Origin: Acidimicrobiales bacterium
GTDB taxonomy: Bacteria > Actinomycetota > Acidimicrobiia > Acidimicrobiales > UBA8592
NCBI GenBank assembly: GCA_965262315.1
Contig: CBDHFJ010000134.1
Span: 11,534-75,533 of the forward strand
DNA length: 64,000 bases
Direction of reading: 5' to 3'
Shown: positions 19,733 through 28,000 of the stretch, one piece after another
How the letters are laid out: each line of letters begins with the position of its first letter
How positions within the stretch are numbered: position 1 is the first letter of the stretch
Made by a program: the position numbers and the translations under genes
The notes under the pieces: model-generated
The model's input: only the letters and a program-made list of their open reading frames with translations
Database searches by the model: none
What the model was told of the DNA's origin: nothing

Positions 19733-20401
19733 TCATCCGGTCAACTGGTAGCCGACCCCGCGGACCGTGTCGATCGGCACCTCCACGCCGGACACGGCCA
19801 GCTTGCGCCGCAGATTGGCGATGTGGACGTCGACCACGTTCGACAGGCCGTCGTAGTTGGCGTCCCACACGTGCTCGAGCAACTCGGCGCGGGTCAGGAC
19901 GGCGCCCGGGCGCCGCATCAGGTACTCGAGGAGGCTGAACTCGCGTGCGGTCAGGGGCACGACGATCGCGCCCCGCCATGCCGTGTGTGACGCAGGGTCC
20001 AAGCGCAGGTCGCCGACCTCCAGGATCGGCCCCGTGGTGTCCGGCGGCCGCCGCAGCAGTGCCCGGACGCGAGCCGCGAGCTCCAGGTAGTCGAACGGCT
20101 TCGTCAGGTAGTCGTCGGCACCGGCATCGAGTCCGGCCACCTTGTCGTTCAGACCGTCCCGGGCCGTCAGCATCAACACCGGGACACGGACCTGGCGGTC
20201 CCGCAGGCGACGACACAGCGTGACCCCGTCCCCGTCGGGCAGACCGAGATCGAGGATCACCAGGTCGTAGTCGGCATGGTCGACCGCGTGGGATGCGCCG
20301 GCCGAGGTCGTCTCCAGATCGACGGCGTAGCCCTCCTCGGAGAGACCCCGGACGAGGATCTGTCCGAGCGCGATGTCGTCCTCGACCACCAGCAGCCGCA
20401 T
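19733..20401 (-). CDS. OmpR/PhoB-family response regulator
   Basis: 222 aa. MRLLVVEDD ... LVILDLGLPDGDG receiver domain, then the winged-helix LTAREFSLLEYLMRRPG..VDVHIANLRRKL..TVRGVGYQL. Confidence 0.9.
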   Translation of the reverse strand: MRLLVVEDDIALGQILVRGLSEEGYAVDLETTSAGASHAVDHADYDLVILDLGLPDGDGVTLCRRLRDRQVRVPVLMLTARDGLNDKVAGLDAGADDYLTKPFDYLELAARVRALLRRPPDTTGPILEVGDLRLDPASHTAWRGAIVVPLTAREFSLLEYLMRRPGAVLTRAELLEHVWDANYDGLSNVVDVHIANLRRKLAVSGVEVPIDTVRGVGYQLTG

Positions 20402-20486
20402 CGGACCATGGTGGCATCACGTCGATGAAGTGAACGTGAAGGCCGCCTTCACGATCACCTCACCGTGCCGTTCGTACGGTCGGCCC

Positions 20487-21749
20487 ATGGCATCGGAATC
20501 CGCTCGCATCGCCCACCTTCTCCGCCGCGCCACGTTCGGGCCCGTACCCGGTCAGGTCGAGGAGCTGACCGACGCAGGCTACGACGGGGTGCTCGCCGGC
20601 CTCCTGGGAGAGAGCCCCCTCCCCCTCTTCGACGACCCGGTCACCGACGTGCCCGACGTGGCGAACACCGGCGAGGGCGAGGACGAGCTGATCTCGTGGT
20701 GGATCGAACGGATGCGGTCGCCATGGTCGGGTCTGCACGAGAAGATGGTGTGGTTCTGGCACGGGCACTTCACCAGCTCGATCGAGAAGTGCCCGGCACG
20801 GGCGCTGGCCGGCCAACACCGACTGGTGCGGCGCCACGCGCTGGGCAACTTCCGCAGCCTCGCCCGGGAGATGGTGACTGACCCGGCGATGTTGATCTAC
20901 CTCGACGCCGCCGGGTCCCAGGGGTTCGCGCCGAACGAGAATCTGGCGCGCGAGCTGATGGAACTGTTCACGGTCGGGGCAGGCAACTACAGCGAGGCCG
21001 ACGTGAAGGCTGCCGCACGGGCGCTGTCGGGTTGGTGGGTCGACTGGGACGCGGCCGAGGCCGGCAGGGACGAGGGCGCCGCCTACCCCGGCGCGATCCG
21101 GTTCCTCGGCCGCCGCGGCCGATTCACGCCGGCCGAGATCGTCGACGCGTTGTGTGACCTCGACGCGTGTGCAACCCACGTGGCCGCGGCGCTGCACCGG
21201 TTCCTGGTCGGTACCGAGCCCGGCCCCGAACGGCTGGAGGAGCTCGGCGCGCTGTTCCGGGCGGAACGCCTGGAGATCCTTCCGCTGGTGGCCGAGATCC
21301 TGCGTTCGGCGGACTTCGAGGCGTCGATCCACGCTCGACCCCGCTTCCCCATCGAGTGGTTCGTCCATGTCGCCAACGTGTTGGAGGTACCCGAGATCAC
21401 CGAGGAACACCTCTGGGTGCTGGTCGAACTCGACCAGCTGCCCTTCCTCCCTCCGAACGTCGCCGGCTGGCCCGTTGGGGAGCGGTGGGTGTCGCCGAGC
21501 CTGGTCCTCGCACGGGGAACCGCGCTGTTCACGATCGCCGACTCGTTGGGAGACGACGGGCCGACCACCTTCGGGTTCGACGAGGACGACCCCATCCCCG
21601 AGGTCCTGCGCCGTTGCGGCATCCACGACCCGGCGGACGAGACGATCGCCGCGCTCGACGAGGCCTACTGGGCCCCCTTCGCGGCGGAGGAGGTCAACGC
21701 CCTCCTTGTCTACCTGGCCCTGAACTCACCCGATGTCGTCCTGGCCTGA
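20487..21749 (+). CDS. DUF1800 domain protein
   Basis: ORF 20373..21749 trimmed to ATG 20487 (MASESARIAHLLRRATFGP, the typical family N-terminus). Also has WFWHGHFTSS. Immediately precedes a DUF1501 gene, the canonical pairing. Confidence 0.8.
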   Translation: MASESARIAHLLRRATFGPVPGQVEELTDAGYDGVLAGLLGESPLPLFDDPVTDVPDVANTGEGEDELISWWIERMRSPWSGLHEKMVWFWHGHFTSSIEKCPARALAGQHRLVRRHALGNFRSLAREMVTDPAMLIYLDAAGSQGFAPNENLARELMELFTVGAGNYSEADVKAAARALSGWWVDWDAAEAGRDEGAAYPGAIRFLGRRGRFTPAEIVDALCDLDACATHVAAALHRFLVGTEPGPERLEELGALFRAERLEILPLVAEILRSADFEASIHARPRFPIEWFVHVANVLEVPEITEEHLWVLVELDQLPFLPPNVAGWPVGERWVSPSLVLARGTALFTIADSLGDDGPTTFGFDEDDPIPEVLRRCGIHDPADETIAALDEAYWAPFAAEEVNALLVYLALNSPDVVLA

Positions 21750-21776
21750 CGCCGACCACCGAAACCGAGGAGCCCC

Positions 21777-23084
21777 ATGTCCCCCGCAGCCAATGACCCT
21801 GCCCCGGCCCACCCCCTGGACCGACGTCGCTTCCTGCAGTCCCTCGCGCTGGGTGCCGGCGGTGCGGCGCTCGGCCTGAGCGCCTGCTCCGACGGCGGAG
21901 ACGGGCTGCCATTCGCCAGCGCTGCCGACGAGCCGGCACCACCGACGGCCACACCGGTGCCACCCGCCCCCGTCACAGCCGTCGGACCGTCGGAGGACCG
22001 GACACTCGTGGTCATCGAGCTCGAAGGCGGCAATGACGGCCTCGACACGGTGATCCCTCACAACGACCCCCGATACGTCGACCTCAGGGCGACGGTCGGC
22101 GTCGACCCGGAGACGGTGCTGCCCATCGATGACGAGGTCGGGCTCAACCCCAATCTCGCCGGTCTGCACGCGTCAGGCGTGGCGGTGCTCGAAGGGGTCG
22201 GCATGGCCGACCCGGACCTGTCGCACTTCGAGTCGTCACGTCGCTGGTGGACCGGTGACGTCACCGGTCAGGCCACGTTCTCGACCGGCTTCCTGGGTCG
22301 GCTCTGTGACCAGCTCGCCGCCGAGGAGCCCGTCACCGGCGTCTCGGTCGGCCGTGGAGCCTCGCCCACGATGCGCAGCGACCACGCCGTCACCCTGTCG
22401 GTGCCCGACCCGTGGGCCGGTGGCGGCCTGACCGCCACCGACTGGCCGTTCGCCATGGCCGCCCGCCAGGGTCTGGCCACCATGGCATCGAGCGCGGATG
22501 GTGCCCCACTGCGGGCAGTCACCACCGAGAACATGGGACGGGCGCTGGATTTCCTGGACGTCCTGGGCTCGCTCCCGGACCGCGAGACCGACGCCTACCC
22601 GGGCAGCCAGATCTCGTATCAGCTCCAGACCTGCGCCCGCCTCCTGGCCGGCGACACCGGCATCCGCGTCCTCCACGTCCCGTGGGGGTCCTTCGACACC
22701 CACGACGACCATCGGGGCTCGCACGACTACCAGCTCAGGGAGCTCGACGAAGCCCTGACGGCCTTCCGCAACGACCTGGCCGACCTGGGGATGGCCGAGA
22801 CCACGCTGATCGCCACCACCTCGGAGTTCGGACGACGCCCTGCCGAGAACAGCAACGGCACCGACCACGGCACCGCGTCGACGATGCTCCTGGCGGGTCC
22901 GGTCACCGCCGGCCGTCACGGCGACGCTCCCTCGCTGCGAGCACTCGACGATGACGGCAATCTCGTCGCCACCGTGGGCATGGACGAGTACTACGCCACC
23001 CTGGCCGAGGCCTGGTTCGGCGTTGCGGCCGGCGACGTGCTGCCGGGCGCACCGGTCCCGATCCCGGGACTGATCCACGCCTGA
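21777..23084 (+). CDS. DUF1501 domain protein with Tat signal and lipobox-like Cys
   Basis: 435 aa. LDRRRFLQSLALGAGGAALGLSAC, then GGNDGLDTVIP, GSFDTHDDH and SEFGRRP. GAGGAG RBS upstream. Confidence 0.85.
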   Translation: MSPAANDPAPAHPLDRRRFLQSLALGAGGAALGLSACSDGGDGLPFASAADEPAPPTATPVPPAPVTAVGPSEDRTLVVIELEGGNDGLDTVIPHNDPRYVDLRATVGVDPETVLPIDDEVGLNPNLAGLHASGVAVLEGVGMADPDLSHFESSRRWWTGDVTGQATFSTGFLGRLCDQLAAEEPVTGVSVGRGASPTMRSDHAVTLSVPDPWAGGGLTATDWPFAMAARQGLATMASSADGAPLRAVTTENMGRALDFLDVLGSLPDRETDAYPGSQISYQLQTCARLLAGDTGIRVLHVPWGSFDTHDDHRGSHDYQLRELDEALTAFRNDLADLGMAETTLIATTSEFGRRPAENSNGTDHGTASTMLLAGPVTAGRHGDAPSLRALDDDGNLVATVGMDEYYATLAEAWFGVAAGDVLPGAPVPIPGLIHA

Positions 23085-23127
23085 TCCGCCGGAGGAGGGA
23101 CCCGCCGAGCGGGCCCACGGCGCCACG

Positions 23128-23159
23128 TACTCCCTGGGGAGTAGGGGCGAAGACTCCCT
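23128..23159. promoter_or_regulatory. candidate operator: palindrome TACTCCC-TG-GGGAGTA plus a third ACTCCCT half-site
   Basis: Palindrome at 23128-23143 and a direct copy of ACTCCCT at 23153-23159, 45-75 nt upstream of the ABC/two-component operon start (23202). Its function is inference only. Confidence 0.25.
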
Positions 23160-23201
23160 CGGGGGGATTCGCTCGAGGCCTCGATTCCGCACGATGGGTG
23201 C

Positions 23202-24122
23202 ATGATCGAAGTCACCCACCTCACCAAGCGCTACGGCCAGACCCTGGCCGTCAACGACCTCAGCTTCACCGTCGAGCCGGGCATCGTCACCGGCTTCCTG
23301 GGCCCCAACGGATCCGGCAAGTCCACAACGATGCGCATGATCCTCGGCCTCGACGCCCCCACCTCGGGCACGGCCACCGTCGGCGGCCGCCCGCTGGTGA
23401 CCCACGAACGGCCCCTCACCTCGTTGGGCTTCCTGCTCGACGCCGGCGCCGTGCACCCCACCCGGTCCGCCTACGACCACCTTCGGGCGTTGGCGGTCAC
23501 GAACAACATCCCGACCAGCCGGGTCGACGAGGTCCTCGACATCGTGGGCCTCGGTCAGGTCGGACGCCGCCGCAGCGGCGGCTTCTCGCTGGGCATGGGC
23601 CAGCGCCTCGGCATCGCCGCCGCCCTGCTCGGCGACCCCGAGGTCGTCATGTTGGACGAGCCGGTCAACGGCCTCGACCCCGAGGGCATCCTGTGGATCC
23701 GCCACCTCCTGCAGGACCTGGCCGCCGAAGGTCGCACCGTGTTCGTCTCGTCGCACCTGATGAGCGAGATGGAGCTCATGGCCGAGCACTTCGTCATCAT
23801 CGGCCAGGGCGCCCTCATTCGGGACATCTCCGCCGCCGACCTGCGCGCCATGGCGGTCGGCGAGAAGACCCACGTGCGGGCCGACCGCCTGAACGACCTG
23901 GTCTCGCTGATGCGGGCCGACGGTGTCGAAGTCGTCTCGGCCGACCGAGAGACCGTGAGCGTCAGCGGCCTCGACGCCGCAGCGATCGGCGCCATCGCCC
24001 GTGACCACGGCATCGCACTGACCTCGCTGATCCCCGAACAGCGCTCGCTCGAGGACGTCTTCATGAGCCTCACCGCCGATGCCGTCCAATACCACGGCGG
24101 CTCGAACCGGACGGCTGCCTGA
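23202..24122 (+). CDS. ABC transporter ATP-binding protein (ABC-2 exporter type)
   Basis: 306 aa. Walker A GPNGSGKSTT, signature-like FSLGMGQR, Walker B VVMLDEPVNGLDP. ATGA overlap with the permease gene. Confidence 0.9.
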   Translation: MIEVTHLTKRYGQTLAVNDLSFTVEPGIVTGFLGPNGSGKSTTMRMILGLDAPTSGTATVGGRPLVTHERPLTSLGFLLDAGAVHPTRSAYDHLRALAVTNNIPTSRVDEVLDIVGLGQVGRRRSGGFSLGMGQRLGIAAALLGDPEVVMLDEPVNGLDPEGILWIRHLLQDLAAEGRTVFVSSHLMSEMELMAEHFVIIGQGALIRDISAADLRAMAVGEKTHVRADRLNDLVSLMRADGVEVVSADRETVSVSGLDAAAIGAIARDHGIALTSLIPEQRSLEDVFMSLTADAVQYHGGSNRTAA

Positions 24123-25069
24123 TGACCGTCTCCGCCCCTTCCGCCCCTTCCTCCCCTCAGATGTCCACCCGAACCGACCACAGCGAGCACCCCATGACCA
24201 CCCTCACCCCCGTCCCCACCACGTCCACCCGGGCCACCCTGACCCCCGTCCCCACCGAGGCATCCATGTCGACCACCGCGGCTCCCCGCCCCACCACAGC
24301 GGGCAAGGTCCGCACCTGGAACGTCATCCGCAGCGAATGGATCAAGTTCTGGTCGGTCCGATCCACCTCCATCACCCTCATCGCCGCCGGCATCGCCACC
24401 GTGGCCTTCGGCATGATCTTCTCGGCGGTCGTCGACTCCGACGAGCAGGCCGGCCCCGCCGCCTTCCTCACCGACCCGGTGGATGTCGCCCTCGGCGGCA
24501 TCGGCCTGACCGAGATGGTGATCGGCGTCCTCGGCGTGATGTTCGTCGCCGGTGAGTACTCCACCGGGCTGATCCGCACGGCGTTCGCCTCGGTCGGTCG
24601 ACGAGGCCGGGTGATCCGGGCCAAGTCCGCCGTCATCGCCGCCTCGGTCCTCGGCGTGGCCCTCGTGGCCGTGACCGCCGCCATCGCCGCCGGTCAGGCC
24701 GTGTACGCAGGCAACGAACCCACCGTCCCGGTCACCGACGTCCTCGATGTCATCATGGGGACCAGCCTGTACCTGACCGGTATCGCCCTGATCGGCGTGG
24801 CCCTGGGCTTTCTGCTCCGGTCGACCGCAGCAGGCATCGGCACCCTGGTCGGCGGCGTCTTCATCGGCCCCAACCTGTTGAACCTGCTGCCCGACAGCGT
24901 GACCGACAGCTTCATGAAGTACCTGCCCTCCGAAGCCGGCTCTGCGATGATGACCCAGGTGTCCGATCCCGACCTGCTGAGCCGAGGCGCCGGCTATGCC
25001 GTCTTCGCCGCCTGGGTCGTCGGCCTCCTGACCCTGGCAACCGTGCTGGTCAATCGGCGAGATGCCTGA
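24122..25069 (+). CDS. ABC-2 family transporter permease with Thr/Pro-rich N-terminal extension
   Basis: 315 aa. The first ~75 aa are low-complexity, with TLTPVPT repeated twice. Then WNVIRSEWIKFWSVRST and six hydrophobic segments. The start could be an internal Met. Confidence 0.75.
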   Translation: MTVSAPSAPSSPQMSTRTDHSEHPMTTLTPVPTTSTRATLTPVPTEASMSTTAAPRPTTAGKVRTWNVIRSEWIKFWSVRSTSITLIAAGIATVAFGMIFSAVVDSDEQAGPAAFLTDPVDVALGGIGLTEMVIGVLGVMFVAGEYSTGLIRTAFASVGRRGRVIRAKSAVIAASVLGVALVAVTAAIAAGQAVYAGNEPTVPVTDVLDVIMGTSLYLTGIALIGVALGFLLRSTAAGIGTLVGGVFIGPNLLNLLPDSVTDSFMKYLPSEAGSAMMTQVSDPDLLSRGAGYAVFAAWVVGLLTLATVLVNRRDA

Positions 25070-26231
25070 CCGCCCGGCCTCGGTCCTGACCTGGCTGCGA
25101 GCCGACCCCCGACGGGTCGACGTGCTCCTGGCCCTGGTCACCGTCGGGCTGAGCGCCCTCCTGATCGGCAACGCCCCCCAGGACTTCGACACCGGCTGGC
25201 CCGAAGTGGCCGCCGGTGTCGGCGCGTTCCTCTTCGTCCTCGCCCGGCGCACCCAGCCCCTACTGCTCCTGATCGTCGGTCTGGCCTGGGGCGGCATCCA
25301 CGTCGTCGTCCTCGAGCGACCCACCCCGATCTTCTTCGCAATCCTGGTCCTGTTGGTGACGACCTGCATCCGCCTCACCCGCGGGCAGGCGATCCTCCTG
25401 GGTTCGGTGGTGGCCGGCCTCCTCTACACGTTCGGGCTGCTGGCCAACGACGCCGAGTTCGCCGACAGTCGGTCCGTGATCGGGATCGTCTGGGCGGCGG
25501 GCGCCGTCGGCATCGCCGACGCGGTCCGGTCGTGGCGGGACTACCGAGCATCCGCCGACGCGCAGGTGCGGTCAGCGGTGCTCGCCGCCGAGGCCGAAAC
25601 CCGCCAGCAGGTCAGTGAGGAGCGTCTCGCCATCGCCCGTGAGCTCCACGATCTCCTGGCGCACAACCTGTCGGTCATGAACGTCCAGACCGGCGCGGCG
25701 CTCCATCTCCTCCGCTCGGACCCGGACCAGGCCGAACAGTCCCTGACCGCCGCACGTGACGCTGGTCGCTCGGTCCTGGACGAGCTCCGCGAGCTCCTGG
25801 CCGTCCTGCGCCACCACGACGAGGACGCTCCCACCGCATCGCTGCCCACCGTCGATCAGCTCGACAGCCTGGTCGAGACCATGCGGGGGGCCGGGCTCGA
25901 TGTGACCTGGAGCCGCTCGGGCGCCCCGCGCCCCCTCGCGCCGGCCGTGTCCTTGGCGGCGTACCGGATCACGCAGGAAGCGCTCACGAACGCGGCCAAA
26001 CACGGGACGGGCACCGCCGACCTGGCCACGAACTGGGACCCGGTCGGCCTCACCATCAGTGTGGTGAACCCCGCAGGTGCCCGAGGCGGCACCGGGGCCG
26101 GGCACGGCCTCATCGGCATGCGCGAACGGGCCACGACCAACGGTGGACGCCTCAGTGCCGAGTCCACCGACGACCGATTCGCGGTGACCGCCTGGCTTCC
26201 GGCGGCCGCAGACCAGGAGACCCCGCCGTGA
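25062..26231 (+). CDS. NarL-class (HisKA_3) sensor histidine kinase
   Basis: 389 aa. Membrane N-terminal half, H-box IARELHDLLAHNLSVM, and ATPase end GHGLIGMRERATTNGGRL. Overlaps both neighbouring genes. Confidence 0.85.
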   Translation: MPDRPASVLTWLRADPRRVDVLLALVTVGLSALLIGNAPQDFDTGWPEVAAGVGAFLFVLARRTQPLLLLIVGLAWGGIHVVVLERPTPIFFAILVLLVTTCIRLTRGQAILLGSVVAGLLYTFGLLANDAEFADSRSVIGIVWAAGAVGIADAVRSWRDYRASADAQVRSAVLAAEAETRQQVSEERLAIARELHDLLAHNLSVMNVQTGAALHLLRSDPDQAEQSLTAARDAGRSVLDELRELLAVLRHHDEDAPTASLPTVDQLDSLVETMRGAGLDVTWSRSGAPRPLAPAVSLAAYRITQEALTNAAKHGTGTADLATNWDPVGLTISVVNPAGARGGTGAGHGLIGMRERATTNGGRLSAESTDDRFAVTAWLPAAADQETPP

Positions 26232-26896
26232 GCATCCGAGTGGTTCTCGTCGACGACCAGGCCCTCATCCGCGCCGGGTTCCGAGCCATCATCGACTCGG
26301 CGGCCGACCTGGAGGTCGTCGGCGAGGCAGACGACGGCGCGCAGGCCGTCGACCTGGTGCGCTCCGCTCGGGCCGACGTGGTCCTCATGGACATCCGGAT
26401 GCCCGGTCGCGACGGCATCGAGACCACCCGCGCCATCACCGACGACGATGACCTCGCAGGCGTCCGAGTGATCGTGCTGACCACCTTCGAACTGGACGAG
26501 TACGTCGTCGCGGCGATGGGCGCAGGGGCCAGCGGCTTCCTGGACAAGGGTGTCGACCCCGCCGTCCTGCTCGACGCCATCCGAGTCGTCGCCGCCGGCG
26601 ACGCCCTGCTCACCCCCAAGGCCACCCGGGCGCTGCTGGCATCCCTCGGCGACGAACCGACACCGAGCGTCGTGGACGAGGAGACCGTCGGGCACCTCAC
26701 CGCCCGAGAGCGCGAGGTCGTCGGCCTCGTCGGGCGAGGCCTGTCCAACGACGAGATCGCCGACGCCCTCTTCCTGTCGCCGCTGACGGCCAAGACCCAC
26801 GTCAGCAGGGCGATGACCAAGCTGCACGCGCGCGATCGGGCACAGCTGGTGGCGCTTGCCTTCAAGACGGGCCTGACCCGGCTCGACGAGCTCTGA
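26228..26896 (+). CDS. LuxR/NarL-family response regulator
   Basis: 222 aa. GTGA start overlap. IRVVLVDDQALIR ... VVLMDIRMPGRDG receiver domain, then the HTH LTAREREVVGLVGRGLSNDEIADALFLSPLTAKTHV. Confidence 0.9.
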   Translation: MSIRVVLVDDQALIRAGFRAIIDSAADLEVVGEADDGAQAVDLVRSARADVVLMDIRMPGRDGIETTRAITDDDDLAGVRVIVLTTFELDEYVVAAMGAGASGFLDKGVDPAVLLDAIRVVAAGDALLTPKATRALLASLGDEPTPSVVDEETVGHLTAREREVVGLVGRGLSNDEIADALFLSPLTAKTHVSRAMTKLHARDRAQLVALAFKTGLTRLDEL

Positions 26897-27066
26897 ACAC
26901 GGCGGTCCTCGGCCGCCCAGACGCTTCGACAGGTCGTCGACAGGGAGCGCCCTGATCGGTCGACGCCTCAAGAACCCTCCGCGTGGGCCGACAGGGTAAG
27001 CCTCAGCGGATTCGGCGGCCACGTCCCCCGGGGAACCACCCCAAGCCGTCGCAGCGGAGGGACACA

Positions 27067-27999
27067 ATGAAGAATCGCAGCATGCTCGGCGTCATCGCCG
27101 CCGTTCTCTTGGCCCTCGTGGGTGGCCTGCTCCTGTGGCAGAACTCCGACGACCCGGAATCGGAAGCGGCCGTCGAAGAGCCGGTCGAGGAGACTCAGGT
27201 GTTGGTCGCCAAGCGCGACATCAACGCCGGTGAGTCCGCCTCCACGCTCAGCGACAACGCGTTCGCCTTCGTCGAGCTGGTCTCGGTCCCGGTGGACCAG
27301 GTCGAGCTCGGCGCACTGACCAGCGTGGACGACCTCGCCGACCTGGCGATCGGGCGCAACGTCCTCGCAGCCACCGTCCCGCTCGGCGCTCAGATCGCCG
27401 TCGACGACTTCGTCGTCCCGGGTGAGCAGGAGCTGTCGGCCCTCCCCGACGTGGACCCGAACCTGTTCGAGGTCACCGTGGCGCTGGAGTCTCAGCGTGC
27501 CCTCGGTGGCAACATCCGCCCGGGCATGATCGTGGCCGTCGTCGGCTCCTATGACCTCGGTCCCGAGGTTGCCGAGGGCAAATCCACATCGGTGGTCGTC
27601 GCCGAATCGACGCTGGTGACCAACGTGCAGACCGAGCGTCTCTTCACCACCGAGCAGCTGAGCAACGATCCGCTCGCACCGAGCCTCGCTCCCACCAGCC
27701 GACTGTTCATCACCTTCGGCGTACCGGTCGAGGACCTCGAGAAGCTCGCCCACGTCGCCGAGTTCGGACGCATCTGGCTCGCCCGCCAAGGCGACGAGGC
27801 CACCGTCGAAGGTTCCGAGCTGAAGGTCGTCGACAACGTCGAGGTCTCCCTCGACCCCGACGCCCCCTCCAACGAGCTGCGGGTCGATCCGTTCGACCCG
27901 GACCGGGTCCTGGCCCTCGTCGAAGGTGAAGAGGGCGCAGCGGAGGGCGGCGAGAGCGCTGGAGCGAGCTTCGGCGGGCTTGACCTCGGAGACAGCTGA
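27067..27999 (+). CDS. cpaB: Flp pilus assembly protein CpaB (SAF + RcpC-like)
   Basis: ORF 26983..27999 trimmed to ATG 27067 (GGAGGGA RBS). MKNRSMLGVIAAVLLALVGGLLLW is the TM anchor and VLVAKRDINAGES the SAF-type block. Acidic C-terminal tail. Confidence 0.75.
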   Translation: MKNRSMLGVIAAVLLALVGGLLLWQNSDDPESEAAVEEPVEETQVLVAKRDINAGESASTLSDNAFAFVELVSVPVDQVELGALTSVDDLADLAIGRNVLAATVPLGAQIAVDDFVVPGEQELSALPDVDPNLFEVTVALESQRALGGNIRPGMIVAVVGSYDLGPEVAEGKSTSVVVAESTLVTNVQTERLFTTEQLSNDPLAPSLAPTSRLFITFGVPVEDLEKLAHVAEFGRIWLARQGDEATVEGSELKVVDNVEVSLDPDAPSNELRVDPFDPDRVLALVEGEEGAAEGGESAGASFGGLDLGDS

Positions 28000-28000
28000 C

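Noticed and set aside
22236-25378. 619-aa and 607-aa minus-strand ORFs (22236..24095 and 23555..25378)
   Set aside because: They are antisense to the DUF1501, ABC ATPase and permease genes, and overlap each other in different frames. No recognisable domains. Shadow ORFs.
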